Made by a program: the position numbers and the translations under genes
Notes under the pieces: generated by a model
What the model saw: only the letters and a program-made list of their open reading frames with translations
Told to the model about the DNA's origin: nothing
Database searches by the model: none
Shown: positions 21,606-31,990 of the stretch, in pieces
How the letters are laid out: every line of letters starts with the position of its first letter
Numbering within the stretch: position 1 is the stretch's first letter
DNA from: Chitinophaga pinensis
GTDB lineage: Bacteria; Bacteroidota; Bacteroidia; UBA4408
DNA length: 64,000 bases
Direction of reading: 5' to 3'
Assembly (NCBI GenBank): GCA_945872355.1
Contig: CAMBZU010000005.1
Span: forward strand, 7,151 to 71,150

Positions 21606-22877
21606 ATGAAAGTTTTTAAATTTGGTGGAGCATCAGTGAGAGATGCAGCTTCTGTAAGGAATGTAGCCCATATTTTAAAAGAATATAAGAATGAAAAATT
21701 ATTTGTAGTTATTTCGGCCATGGGTAAAACTACCAATGCCTTAGAAGAATTTACAAAAGCATTATATGTTAATTTAGAGGATGCTAATAAATTGCTAACT
21801 CAAATTAAAGCGTATCATTTTGCAATACTGAATGAACTTTTCCAAAATCCCAATCATGCTGTATTTACTGATTTACATAATGCATTTGTAGAACTTGATT
21901 GGATGTTAGATCAAGCACCAGAACAAACATTTGACCATACTTATGACCAAGTTGTAAGTATGGGTGAAATCCTTTCTACTAAAATTGTAAGTCATTATCT
22001 TAATCATGATGGTGTTGCAAATAAGTGGATTGATGTAAGAGACTTTATTAGAACCGACAATAATTATCGCGAAGCTAAAGTTGATTGGGAAGCTACAGAA
22101 TTCCTCTATAACAATAGTAAAGAGCGCTATTTTAATGGGCAAAACAACATTTGTATTACACAAGGTTTTATTGGCGGTACTTCTGAAAACTTTAGCACCA
22201 CTTTAGGTCGAGAAGGTTCAGATTATACGGCAAGTATTATTGCTTTTTTATGCAATGCAGCACAAGTAACCATTTGGAAAGATGTTGCTGGTGTGATGAA
22301 TGCAGATCCTAAAAAGTTTAATGATGCAGTTCTATTGCCACATTTAACTTATCATGATGCGGTAGAATTAACTTACTACGGGGCTACTGTCATTCATCCT
22401 AAAACCATTAAGCCAATTCAAAATAAAAACATCCCACTTTATGTAAGGTCTTTTTTAAATTTTCATGAATCAGGCACTGTAATAAACAATTTGCCTGGGC
22501 ATAGTGAGCAGGCTTGTTTTATTCATAAACCAGACCAACTTTTATTAAGTATTTCAGGTAAAGATTTCTCTTTTATTGTTGAGGACAGCATCAGTAAAAT
22601 ATTTGCTGTTTTGGCTTCATTCCGTATAAAAGTTAATTTAATGCAAAATTCAGCACTAAGTTGCTCTATTTGCATTGATAATACAAGTAAAAGAGCTGCA
22701 ATTATTGAAGAGTTTGCGAAAGATTTTTATGTAAAATACAACGATGGCCTTGAATTATTTACTGTAAGATATTATGATGCTGAGTCAATAAATAAGTTGA
22801 TAAAAAATAAAGAAATAATATTAGAGCAAAGAAGCCGAAATACCTTGCAACTAGTGGTTAAAAACAGCACTCAATAA
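21606..22877 (+). CDS. Aspartate kinase
   Basis: 423 aa; N-terminal KFGGASV, amino-acid kinase fold motifs, C-terminal ACT-like region. Confidence 0.9.
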   Translation: MKVFKFGGASVRDAASVRNVAHILKEYKNEKLFVVISAMGKTTNALEEFTKALYVNLEDANKLLTQIKAYHFAILNELFQNPNHAVFTDLHNAFVELDWMLDQAPEQTFDHTYDQVVSMGEILSTKIVSHYLNHDGVANKWIDVRDFIRTDNNYREAKVDWEATEFLYNNSKERYFNGQNNICITQGFIGGTSENFSTTLGREGSDYTASIIAFLCNAAQVTIWKDVAGVMNADPKKFNDAVLLPHLTYHDAVELTYYGATVIHPKTIKPIQNKNIPLYVRSFLNFHESGTVINNLPGHSEQACFIHKPDQLLLSISGKDFSFIVEDSISKIFAVLASFRIKVNLMQNSALSCSICIDNTSKRAAIIEEFAKDFYVKYNDGLELFTVRYYDAESINKLIKNKEIILEQRSRNTLQLVVKNSTQ

Positions 22878-22888
22878 ACCTTTAGGGT

Positions 22889-24292
22889 ATGAATAATTTA
22901 CTTTTAAAAGAAAACTTTAAGTTGTTCATATTGGCTTTGCTTGTATTGTTGTCGCGTTTGCCTTTTTTAAATGCTGGTTATGGTGTTGAAGAAGATAGTT
23001 GGGGAATTGCCGTAGCTGCTTATCATACACAACTGTATGGTGTTATGGAAGCCTCTCGATTGCCAGGGCATCCAGTAAATGAATTAATTTACAGTATTTT
23101 TTGGGGCCACGGCCCTTGTTTGTATAATTTCTTTTCAGCTATTTGCAGTGTAATCTGTTTTATCTTATTTTATCTCACCTTAAAAAAACTAAACTTTAAA
23201 AATTACGAATGGGCAGCGCTAGCATTGGTTTTTACGCCTGTAGTTTATATTAATAGTACTTGTACTATTGATTATTTATGGGCGCTCATGTTTGCTGTTG
23301 CTTCTTTTTATGCACTTATACATTTTAATTTATTTTGGGCTGCTTTGTTTTTAGGTTTGGCTGTGGGCTGCAGAATTAATACAGCGGTGTTATATATCCC
23401 TTTTTTAATTTATATCTATTTTGAAAATAATAAACAAGTAGAACCAGCCCAATTTTTAAAATTTAGTTTTGTATTTGGTATTGTTTCACTTTTGTGCTTT
23501 ATACCAATTATAAGTGTTTATGGATGGGATTTCTTTACCTACTCTGATCAGTTTCCCTATCCTTCAATCGCTAAAATTATATACAAGGCCAGTATTGGTG
23601 TGGTAGGGCTACTTGCTTTTATAGTTATTTTCATTTTGTTGATATTGAAGTTCATAAAGCCTAATTTTAAAAGTAGGAACTTAGCCTTAAAATATTTGTT
23701 TTTTAGTTTAACACTCCTGCAGATATTGGCTTATTTAATGCTTCCACAAAAATCGGCTTACCTGATGTTGCTTGTGCCTTTTGGAATTTTGTGGTTTGCA
23801 GATTTTTTAAACGCCCAAGCTTTTAAAGTGCTGTGTTTTTCACTTATGCTTTCATCATTTGTAATGAGTGTTAATTTAACCGATCCTTATCGAGGTGCTC
23901 AACATTCAAATATGGTTATTACAAAAACCATTTCGGGGCAAGAGCTATTTCTTGATCCGTTTACAGGACCAGTAATAAGTGATTATACAAAGCGCTTGAA
24001 TAAACTAAACTATACCGCAGCTGTTTTTAAAGAAGTATCAAAAATGAATGCGCCAACAATTATAATTTGTGGATGGTGGTTTAATCAAATAATTATTGAA
24101 CAGATGGACGCTAAAAATAATGGGAAGGTGAAATACGCTTTTTATTTAAATCCAAAATTGATGGAATATTATCTTTTAAAAGGCTATCAAATATATTATT
24201 TAAGTGAACAGGAAGTTTATAATGATTTATTTTATAAGTTTAGTCGAACAAAAAGCCTCGCTAGTCCATTATTATTAGATTATTGGAATTGA
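22889..24292 (+). CDS. Polytopic membrane protein, possibly GT-C-type (GT39/ArnT-like) glycosyltransferase
   Basis: 467 aa; ~10 predicted TM helices followed by a soluble C-terminal domain; family assignment tentative. Confidence 0.4.
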   Translation: MNNLLLKENFKLFILALLVLLSRLPFLNAGYGVEEDSWGIAVAAYHTQLYGVMEASRLPGHPVNELIYSIFWGHGPCLYNFFSAICSVICFILFYLTLKKLNFKNYEWAALALVFTPVVYINSTCTIDYLWALMFAVASFYALIHFNLFWAALFLGLAVGCRINTAVLYIPFLIYIYFENNKQVEPAQFLKFSFVFGIVSLLCFIPIISVYGWDFFTYSDQFPYPSIAKIIYKASIGVVGLLAFIVIFILLILKFIKPNFKSRNLALKYLFFSLTLLQILAYLMLPQKSAYLMLLVPFGILWFADFLNAQAFKVLCFSLMLSSFVMSVNLTDPYRGAQHSNMVITKTISGQELFLDPFTGPVISDYTKRLNKLNYTAAVFKEVSKMNAPTIIICGWWFNQIIIEQMDAKNNGKVKYAFYLNPKLMEYYLLKGYQIYYLSEQEVYNDLFYKFSRTKSLASPLLLDYWN

Positions 24293-24336
24293 AATTTGTT
24301 AATTCGTTTAAATAAGCCACTTAAAACTTAGAGTAA

Positions 24337-25056
24337 TTGAAGAAAAGTTTCATTTTTTTGTTTTTGTTTTCAATGCCTGCACTGCTAATAGCGCAGCATA
24401 AAGCCATTCATTACAAGGATAGCGGCATAAAACATTATAGAAAAAAGAACTACCTAGGAGCTATTGAGCAGTTTACTTTTGCCATTGAGTTAGACGCTAA
24501 AATGGCCGACGCCTATATTTATAGAGGAATTGCAAAGGATGCAATTGATGATTTTAACGGTGCTATTAACGACTTTAGTGCGGCAAAAAAAATAGATTCT
24601 AATGATGTTTTTGTATACGTAGAACGTGCAAAAACATACATGAACTTGAAAGATTACTATGCAGCAGAAAAGGATTTTTTAATGGTAACTCAGTTAAGCC
24701 CTAATACAAGAGATGCTGAAGAAGCATGGGAGTCTTTAGCTGAAATAAAATACAAACAGAAAACATACAGAGCGGCTGCCAATTACTTTACCAGAATATT
24801 AAGATTTAGACCGAGTGATGCAGAGGTGTTTTATAGTAGAGGAGAATGCAAATTCTTTCTTGAAGACTACCAAGGTGTAGTTAAAGATTGCGACAAAGCA
24901 TTAGAAAATGATGCTGATAATGGAAAGGCATTTGCCTTAAGAGCGCAAGCAAAAATCAAATTAAACGATAAAGAAGGTGCTTGCAAAGATTTATATAAAG
25001 CAAAAAAATCGGGTTATAAAGCTGTAATTCCTATTATGAAACAGTTTTGTAAATAA
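24337..25056 (+). CDS. Tetratricopeptide-repeat protein (secreted)
   Basis: 239 aa; signal peptide; repeated A..Y..RG.A/K...Y..A..D TPR pattern. Confidence 0.75.
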   Translation: MKKSFIFLFLFSMPALLIAQHKAIHYKDSGIKHYRKKNYLGAIEQFTFAIELDAKMADAYIYRGIAKDAIDDFNGAINDFSAAKKIDSNDVFVYVERAKTYMNLKDYYAAEKDFLMVTQLSPNTRDAEEAWESLAEIKYKQKTYRAAANYFTRILRFRPSDAEVFYSRGECKFFLEDYQGVVKDCDKALENDADNGKAFALRAQAKIKLNDKEGACKDLYKAKKSGYKAVIPIMKQFCK

Positions 25057-25101
25057 TTGCTCATTTAATTTTACGAATCCCAATTCCAAATTTTGCTTAA
25101 A

Positions 25102-26589
25102 CTACTCTGCCATCAACTTAAGCAAATCATCCTTCAAGCTTTCATCTGCAGGCCTTTTAGCATCTTGCTCCACAATTCTACCGCTTTTGTTTAAAATCAT
25201 GTAACGTGGAATACTAGTAATGTTAAAAAACTTACATACTTCGCTGCTCCAACCACCTTTGCTTATGCCTTGAATGCCTTCTAAGCCGTTTTGTTCAATG
25301 GCTCTTTTCCAATTTTCTTCGTTATCATCAATAGATATATAAAGAAATACAACTTTTTCGAGTTCTTTCTTTGACATTGATAGGTGAAGTTTTTTTGAAA
25401 ATGGAAACTGTTGGCGACAAGGCCCACACCAGCTTGCCCAAAAATCGATATACACTACCTTGCCTTTAAATTGATCAATGTAAACTTCCTTTCCTTTTTC
25501 ATCAACAAGTACAGGGTAATTACTGCTTGTTTTAATAATTGGTTTTTCGGTTTTCTTTTCAGCTGCTTTAGCGGCCATAGATGCACCACATTGCTGTTGC
25601 ACATATTTGTAAACTTTACCTTCTTTGTCTAATTCTTTTAATTTATTGAGCATAGATTTTGAAAGATCTAATTCAATCTTTTCACAACTATGCAGCAGTA
25701 ATTTTGCCAATGCGTATTGCTTACACTTGCCCTTCAACAAACTTTCAATCAATTTATTTTCTTCTCGTACTTGGTTGGTAAAATTGCTTGGCGATTTAAA
25801 ACTTAAAGCTTCACTTGCATAATAGGCTATATAGTTTTGAAGATACAATCTATACCATTCGCTATAAAGCATGTCTTCTGCATTCAACTCCATTTGTTTT
25901 ATTTCTTCACTCATCGTGCCAGGTAAAGCCTTCGTAAAAGCTGTGTTTTTAAGAAGGCAATCATTCGCTACAAAACCCATTAGTGTGGCGTAATACGCAT
26001 AATTAATTTCTTTTTTTATGAATGTGGCAATATGGTTGGCAAAAGGATTTTCTTGTTTAGCTTTTTCAAGCCAATTGAGTTTTTGCTTCCTTAAAGTAAA
26101 TAGTTCATCTTCAAATGCATCAATCGTTTTAGTTTTTGATTTATTAATTAGGCTATCATAATTATCAGTAAAGGCTTGTCTAAACTGATTGTAAAATGAT
26201 TGCTGAATGGCATTTTTACCACCTCCCACACCTTCTAATTTATCTTTTTTAGTATAAAAATTTACCTCATTGTTGATTCCCAAATCCGATTGACCTTTTC
26301 TAACATTCACTGTTTCGTCTTGCTCTTGAATCACTAATAAAAAATAGGTTGAAGAATCAGCCTTTACTTTGATACATTGCGGCAAATACGTGTCGAATTC
26401 AGATTTAAATGCAGTGCCATTTAATACTGGTGAGTCAGTCATAATAAGCTCTTCAATAAAATAAGGCAGATAATTAATACGAACCGAAGCTACATTGCCA
26501 TCAGTATTCCCACTCACATTAATTTTAGTTTGTGTAAATACTTTTGAGGGTAAAAGAAATAGAAGTGCAACTATTAAATGTTTGTTCAT
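25102..26589 (-). CDS. TlpA-like thiol:disulfide oxidoreductase (thioredoxin-fold) with N-terminal DUF4369-like domain
   Basis: 495 aa; signal peptide; C-terminal FWASWCGPC redox motif. Confidence 0.75.
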   Translation of the reverse strand: MNKHLIVALLFLLPSKVFTQTKINVSGNTDGNVASVRINYLPYFIEELIMTDSPVLNGTAFKSEFDTYLPQCIKVKADSSTYFLLVIQEQDETVNVRKGQSDLGINNEVNFYTKKDKLEGVGGGKNAIQQSFYNQFRQAFTDNYDSLINKSKTKTIDAFEDELFTLRKQKLNWLEKAKQENPFANHIATFIKKEINYAYYATLMGFVANDCLLKNTAFTKALPGTMSEEIKQMELNAEDMLYSEWYRLYLQNYIAYYASEALSFKSPSNFTNQVREENKLIESLLKGKCKQYALAKLLLHSCEKIELDLSKSMLNKLKELDKEGKVYKYVQQQCGASMAAKAAEKKTEKPIIKTSSNYPVLVDEKGKEVYIDQFKGKVVYIDFWASWCGPCRQQFPFSKKLHLSMSKKELEKVVFLYISIDDNEENWKRAIEQNGLEGIQGISKGGWSSEVCKFFNITSIPRYMILNKSGRIVEQDAKRPADESLKDDLLKLMAE

Positions 26590-26717
26590 GCTTAAAGATT
26601 TTTGACAAATTTAATAAATCATGTTTGCTTTAAAGTTAATATTTGATAGCATTTTAAATCAATTTTACTTTGAATTATTAATAAATTCCTATTTTAGCCA
26701 CCAAATATATTAAATCA

Positions 26718-27575
26718 ATGAAAGGAATTATTTTAGCTGGAGGCTCAGGAACTAGATTACACCCCTTAACACTTGCGGTAAGCAAGCAACTAATGCCGGT
26801 TTACGATAAGCCAATGATATATTATCCTTTATCGGTGTTAATGATGGCTGGCATCAACGAAATATTAATAATATCTACGCCACATGATTTACCTCATTTT
26901 AAACGTTTGTTAGGTGATGGTAAAAATTTAGGATGTACTTTTAGCTATGCCGAGCAGGCTGTGCCAAACGGATTAGCGCAAGCTTTTGTTATTGGTGCAG
27001 ATTTTATTGGAGATGATAAAGTTGCACTTATTTTAGGCGACAACATATTTTATGGTTCAGGTTTAGGAACATTGATGCAACAGTTTAAAGATCCTACAGG
27101 CGGCGTTGTTTTTGCTTACCATGTTTCAGATCCTGAACGCTACGGTGTAGTTGAGTTTGATGATCAAATGCATGCTGTAAGTATTGAAGAAAAACCAACA
27201 CAGCCTAAATCTAACTATGCGGTTCCAGGACTTTATTTTTACGATAATGAAGTAATAAAAATTGCCAGAGAACTTAAGCCAAGCCCAAGAGGTGAATACG
27301 AAATTACAGATGTAAATAAACATTATTTACAAGCAGGGAAATTGAAAGTGGGCATTTTAGATAGAGGAACTGCTTGGCTTGATACAGGTACTTTTGCTTC
27401 GCTTATGCAAGCTGGTCAGTTTGTTCAAGTGATTGAAGAAAGACAAGGTTTAAAGATTGGCTGCATCGAAGAAATAGCATATCGTATGGGCTTCATCAAT
27501 AAATCAGAGTTACTCGCTTTGGCTGAGCCACTGCTTAAAAGTGGCTATGGCGCCTATTTGAAAAATTTAGTTTAA
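26718..27575 (+). CDS. rfbA: Glucose-1-phosphate thymidylyltransferase
   Basis: 285 aa; [22 protein letters not shown] signature. Confidence 0.95.
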   Translation: MKGIILAGGSGTRLHPLTLAVSKQLMPVYDKPMIYYPLSVLMMAGINEILIISTPHDLPHFKRLLGDGKNLGCTFSYAEQAVPNGLAQAFVIGADFIGDDKVALILGDNIFYGSGLGTLMQQFKDPTGGVVFAYHVSDPERYGVVEFDDQMHAVSIEEKPTQPKSNYAVPGLYFYDNEVIKIARELKPSPRGEYEITDVNKHYLQAGKLKVGILDRGTAWLDTGTFASLMQAGQFVQVIEERQGLKIGCIEEIAYRMGFINKSELLALAEPLLKSGYGAYLKNLV

Positions 27576-27925
27576 TTAAGCGAAATGCAATTGGCATCTA
27601 AGGCTGTTTGTCTCAACATCATTAAATATTTAGGGCAGCAATAATCTCAAGCACTTGCTATTGTTAAGTTTTAAATAGTAGATGAGTGTTGCTATTATTG
27701 AAAAATATTTTTCAGTTACAATGCTTAATACCTGGTTGAGGCATAAAAGCCCTAAGGCGCTTCATTGCTTTACTGTTTTTAAAGGATTATGAAGAGCTTA
27801 CGCATCATGAACTTTTATATTCTTTTAAAAAGAATGTCTAGCCATCAATTCGGCTTCACATTTAAAATTTAGCAAAAAAGTATAAAAAAAATAGCTAATT
27901 TCGGCTGCTTTTAGTTTAAGAAATT

Positions 27926-28222
27926 ATGGAAAATAAAGATCATTCACAGGGAATTTTATGGGAAGTATTCATACAGGGCAATCCCGGAATACCACATAAG
28001 CATGCTGGAAGTTTGCATGCACCCGATGCTGAAATGGCACTGCAGGCAGCGCGTGATGTTTACACACGTAGAAGCGAGGGTATAAGTATTTGGGTGGTTC
28101 CTGCCGCTAACATAACAGCCAGTTCTCCTGAAGATAACGGTTCTTTTTTTGAACCTTCAAACGATAAACCATACCGCCATCCTACTTTTTATAAAGTGCC
28201 CGATGGTGTAAAATATTTGTAA
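27926..28222 (+). CDS. paaB: 1,2-phenylacetyl-CoA epoxidase subunit B
   Basis: 98 aa; WEVF..G....H.H.GSLHA.D.EMAL..ARD.YTRRSEG..IWVV...YRHPTFY matches PaaB along its full length. Confidence 0.85.
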   Translation: MENKDHSQGILWEVFIQGNPGIPHKHAGSLHAPDAEMALQAARDVYTRRSEGISIWVVPAANITASSPEDNGSFFEPSNDKPYRHPTFYKVPDGVKYL

Positions 28223-28226
28223 AAAA

Positions 28227-28988
28227 ATGAATGCATTAGAAACTGCCAAATTTGAGTTTTGCCTAAGACTAGGCGACAGTGCACTAATTATCGGTCATCG
28301 ACTTTCAGAATGGTGCGGGCATGCTCCAATTTTAGAAGAAGACATTGCCTTAACAAATGTTGCATTAGATTTTGTTGGCCTCTCAAGAAATTTATTGACC
28401 TATGCCGCACAAATTCAAAATGAGGGCAAAACCGAAGATGATTTGGCCTACATGCGCGATGTTGTGCTATACCGAAATGCTTTAATAACAGAACAGCCAA
28501 ATGGCGATTTTGCGCTTACAATGGCGCGCCATTTTTTTTATGATGTATTCTCCTATTACTTTTATCATGAACTTTGTAACAGCGCTGATTTATCTTTAAA
28601 AGGGATTGCCGAAAAAGCGGTAAAGGAAATCGACTACCATTTAAGACATAGTGCCGAGTGGATGTACAGATTAGGTGATGGTACCGATGAAAGTCACCAA
28701 AAAATACAAGATGCTGTTGATGAACTTTGGATGTATACGGGAGATATGTTTGATACAGATGAGCACTATGCCTTGCTTCAAGAAAATAACATTGTGCCAG
28801 CTATGGATAATATTAAAGAACAATGGCATTTAAAAGTAAAAAATGTGCTAGAAACCGCAACAATAAAAGTGCCTGAAGTAACTTACATGCAAAGTGGCAG
28901 TTTAAAAGGCTTGCACACCGAACATTTAGGATTTTTATTAGCAGAAATGCAACATTTACAGCGCTCTTATCCCAATAGTACCTGGTAA
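28227..28988 (+). CDS. paaC: 1,2-phenylacetyl-CoA epoxidase subunit C
   Basis: 253 aa; LRLGDSALIIGHRLSEWCGHAP.LEEDIAL.N.ALD..G and C-terminal KGLHTEHLGFLLAEMQHLQR match PaaC; the size fits PaaC, not PaaA. Confidence 0.85.
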   Translation: MNALETAKFEFCLRLGDSALIIGHRLSEWCGHAPILEEDIALTNVALDFVGLSRNLLTYAAQIQNEGKTEDDLAYMRDVVLYRNALITEQPNGDFALTMARHFFYDVFSYYFYHELCNSADLSLKGIAEKAVKEIDYHLRHSAEWMYRLGDGTDESHQKIQDAVDELWMYTGDMFDTDEHYALLQENNIVPAMDNIKEQWHLKVKNVLETATIKVPEVTYMQSGSLKGLHTEHLGFLLAEMQHLQRSYPNSTW

Positions 28989-29151
28989 TTCTTTTTATTG
29001 TAGTTAACGTATCAAGCGCTAAAGCTATGCTGCTTTCTGCCCTTAGCATGCTTATTGATTTAAATGTGATTAGACTCATTTTGTGCATCTAAAGAGGAAC
29101 TATTTTACCAATATTTTATTACATTTTATCATACAGTCAACACAATAAGTA

Positions 29152-29159
29152 TAACTTTG
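29152..29159 (+). promoter_or_regulatory. Candidate Bacteroidetes sigma-A -7 element (TAACTTTG = TAnnTTTG) 20 bp upstream of the ALDH start
   Basis: Motif match only; no clear -33 TTG. Confidence 0.3.
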
Positions 29160-29178
29160 CAATCTCAAATTTAAAAAC

Positions 29179-30732
29179 ATGGAAGTAGTAGAAAAAAAAT
29201 CGGCAGAAGTGGCTCAATTTTTAGCTGCATTAAACGTTCAAGAATTGAATTATGGTGCCTCAACAGGCTTAAATCATTTAAGTACAAAAGGCGCAAAACT
29301 TGACTCATATTCTCCAGTAGATGGTAGTTTAATTGGTAGCGTAAATTGTGCTACTGAGGCCGACTATCAGCAAGTAATGAAAACAGCCACCGAGGCATTT
29401 AAAGAATGGCGTAATATTCCTGCGCCAAAGCGTGGAGAAATTGTGCGTCAAATGGGCGAGCAATTTAGAAAATACAAAGAGCCACTTGGTCAATTAGTGA
29501 GTTACGAAATGGGTAAAAGCCTACAAGAAGGCTTAGGTGAAGTGCAAGAAATTATTGATATCTGCGATTTTGCAGTTGGCTTATCACGTCAATTATATGG
29601 ATTAACTATGCATAGCGAAAGGCCACAACATCGTATGTATGAGCAGTGGCACGCCTTAGGTGTAGTAGGCATCATTTCTGCGTTTAATTTTCCGGTAGCA
29701 GTTTGGAGCTGGAATGCAATGATAGCTTGGGTTTGTGGAGATGTTTGTATTTGGAAACCAAGTTCAAAAACTCCTTTATGTGGTATTGCTTGCCAAAATA
29801 TTATTGCCGAAGTATTAAAAAATAACAATGTGCCCGAAGGTGTAAGTTGTTTGGTAACAGGCAATGCCATGGGCGATTTAATCAATAATGACCATCGTAT
29901 TCCATTGGTATCTTTTACTGGTTCTACCAGAATAGGAAGAAAAGTTTCGAGCCAAGTGGCTGAGCGTTTTGGCAATACTATTTTAGAATTAGGTGGTAAC
30001 AATGCTATTATTGTTTCTGAACATGCCGATTTAAGTATGGTGTTGGTAGGTGCTGTGTTTGGTGCTGTTGGAACTGCCGGTCAGCGCTGTACTTCAACAA
30101 GAAGATTAATTATCCACGAAAGTGTTTATGATAAAACAATAGATGTGCTTAAAAAGGCATACGCACAATTGAGCATTGGCAATCCTTTAGACAAAAACAA
30201 TCATGTAGGCCCATTGATTGACAAAGGCGCTGTAAATGACTATTTAAATGCGATTGAACAAGCTAAAACACAAGGTGGTAATATGATTGTTGATGGTGGC
30301 GTTCAAGAGGTTGCCGGATATGAAGGTGGTTGCTATGTGAAGCCATGTATTATTGAAGCAAAAAACTCATATGAAATTGTGCAACAAGAAACTTTTGCTC
30401 CTATCTTGTATGTGATGAAGTATTCATCTATTGAAGAAGCAATAGCTATGCAAAATGGCGTTCCTCAAGGTTTATCTTCTTCTATATTTACCAATAGTAT
30501 GCGCGAAATGGAATTGTTTTTATCTATAAATGGTTCTGATTGCGGTATTGCAAACGTAAATATTGGAACATCAGGTGCCGAAATAGGTGGTGCATTTGGT
30601 GGTGAAAAAGAAACCGGGGGTGGTCGCGAAAGTGGATCAGATGCTTGGAAAGCTTATATGCGCAGACAAACTAACACCATTAATTATGGTAGTCAGTTGC
30701 CGCTCGCACAAGGTATAAAATTCGATATTTAA
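29179..30732 (+). CDS. Aldehyde dehydrogenase, ALDH7 (antiquitin / aminoadipate-semialdehyde dehydrogenase) family
   Basis: 517 aa; RGEIVRQ.G, GEVQEIIDICDFAVGLSR (ALDH7 hallmark), catalytic Cys in GQRCTS, ELGGN. Confidence 0.85.
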   Translation: MEVVEKKSAEVAQFLAALNVQELNYGASTGLNHLSTKGAKLDSYSPVDGSLIGSVNCATEADYQQVMKTATEAFKEWRNIPAPKRGEIVRQMGEQFRKYKEPLGQLVSYEMGKSLQEGLGEVQEIIDICDFAVGLSRQLYGLTMHSERPQHRMYEQWHALGVVGIISAFNFPVAVWSWNAMIAWVCGDVCIWKPSSKTPLCGIACQNIIAEVLKNNNVPEGVSCLVTGNAMGDLINNDHRIPLVSFTGSTRIGRKVSSQVAERFGNTILELGGNNAIIVSEHADLSMVLVGAVFGAVGTAGQRCTSTRRLIIHESVYDKTIDVLKKAYAQLSIGNPLDKNNHVGPLIDKGAVNDYLNAIEQAKTQGGNMIVDGGVQEVAGYEGGCYVKPCIIEAKNSYEIVQQETFAPILYVMKYSSIEEAIAMQNGVPQGLSSSIFTNSMREMELFLSINGSDCGIANVNIGTSGAEIGGAFGGEKETGGGRESGSDAWKAYMRRQTNTINYGSQLPLAQGIKFDI

Positions 30733-30739
30733 TCATTCA

Positions 30740-30767
30740 AGCCGCTTAGCAATAGGCGGCTTTTTTT
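30740..30767 (+). terminator. Rho-independent terminator after the ALDH gene
   Basis: agccgc-N10-gcggct stem followed by T7. Confidence 0.5.
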
Positions 30768-30778
30768 AAACTTATAAA

Positions 30779-31330
30779 TTGCAAAAAGTAATTTCAAATA
30801 TTGCATTTATCTTGCTCTTGGCAACGCTTTTAATATCATGTACCGATAAAAAAAATAAAGTTGCAGCAAATAACGTAACAATGAATCCTCAAGACATTAT
30901 CTTGTTTTTTCTTGATTCTTTACAGCATCATGATTTAAAGAAAGTAGTTACTGTAAATAGGCAATCAGATAGTATAAAAATTACACATGCAGATTGGATC
31001 AAAGAAATGGATTTTTTAGAAGCCATCAACACCAATAAACCTGCATATAAAGGCACATTAAGCATGGATACTATTCGCAATGTTGATACACTTATTTATC
31101 ATTTAACTTGTAGCGATAAAAAGCTGAATGTAAAAGAAGCGTTTATCTATTATCATAGCAATCAACTTTTACACATGAACTTAATATCTTTCGGGAGTAA
31201 TTTTCTTTTTAATAATGCCAAAGAAATTTACTTCAATCCCTTAAAAGGTTATTGTATCAAGGGTTTTCAAAAGTTAGATTTACTCTCAGATCATGAAGTT
31301 GCTTATACTATTCTGGTAAATAAAATGTAA
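30779..31330 (+). CDS. Hypothetical lipoprotein
   Basis: 183 aa; signal peptide with lipobox LISC. Confidence 0.5.
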   Translation: MQKVISNIAFILLLATLLISCTDKKNKVAANNVTMNPQDIILFFLDSLQHHDLKKVVTVNRQSDSIKITHADWIKEMDFLEAINTNKPAYKGTLSMDTIRNVDTLIYHLTCSDKKLNVKEAFIYYHSNQLLHMNLISFGSNFLFNNAKEIYFNPLKGYCIKGFQKLDLLSDHEVAYTILVNKM

Positions 31331-31335
31331 TAAAT

Positions 31336-31809
31336 ATGGCAGAATCATTTGAAATTCCAACAACAAAAGATAAGAACTTACGCTACAAATTGCTTTATGA
31401 TCAAGCAAAAGCCTTATTATCAGCAGAAACTAATCAATTAGCTAATATGGCCAATTTATGTGCTGTACTTAAATATGGCATGGGCTTTTTTTGGGTTGGA
31501 TTTTATATCATCAAAGACAATGAATTAGTTCTAGGTCCTTTTCAGGGAACGGTTGCTTGCACGCGTATTGCAAAAGGACGTGGTGTATGCGGCACTGCTT
31601 GGGCCGAAGAGCAAACTATTTTAGTAGAGAATGTTGATCATTTTCCAGGTCATATTGCTTGTAGCAGTTTATCAAAATCGGAAATTGTTGTGCCACTTTT
31701 TGATATCAATAATAAAATATTTGGGGTGTTAGATGTTGACAGCGACAAGCTCAATGATTTTGATGAAATAGATCAGCATTGGTTAGAATTACTTGTAGCA
31801 CTTATATAG
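31336..31809 (+). CDS. GAF-domain protein, free methionine-(R)-sulfoxide reductase (fRMsr/YebR) family
   Basis: 157 aa; conserved Cys-containing motifs (GTVAC, GRGVCGTAW) typical of fRMsr GAF proteins. Confidence 0.75.
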   Translation: MAESFEIPTTKDKNLRYKLLYDQAKALLSAETNQLANMANLCAVLKYGMGFFWVGFYIIKDNELVLGPFQGTVACTRIAKGRGVCGTAWAEEQTILVENVDHFPGHIACSSLSKSEIVVPLFDINNKIFGVLDVDSDKLNDFDEIDQHWLELLVALI

Positions 31810-31990
31810 CCCAATTATAGCTTGTAATTAATACCAAATGAAGCGCCTAAAGTACTGTATTTAGTGCTAATTCCACTTAATTTAGAACTCACAGAAAATA
31901 GATTATTGCTAAATTGCGGAGTTAATACCAACATTAATTTATCATTTAAACTACAAACTTTTTTTGCACTTTTACAACAAATTACTTCAC

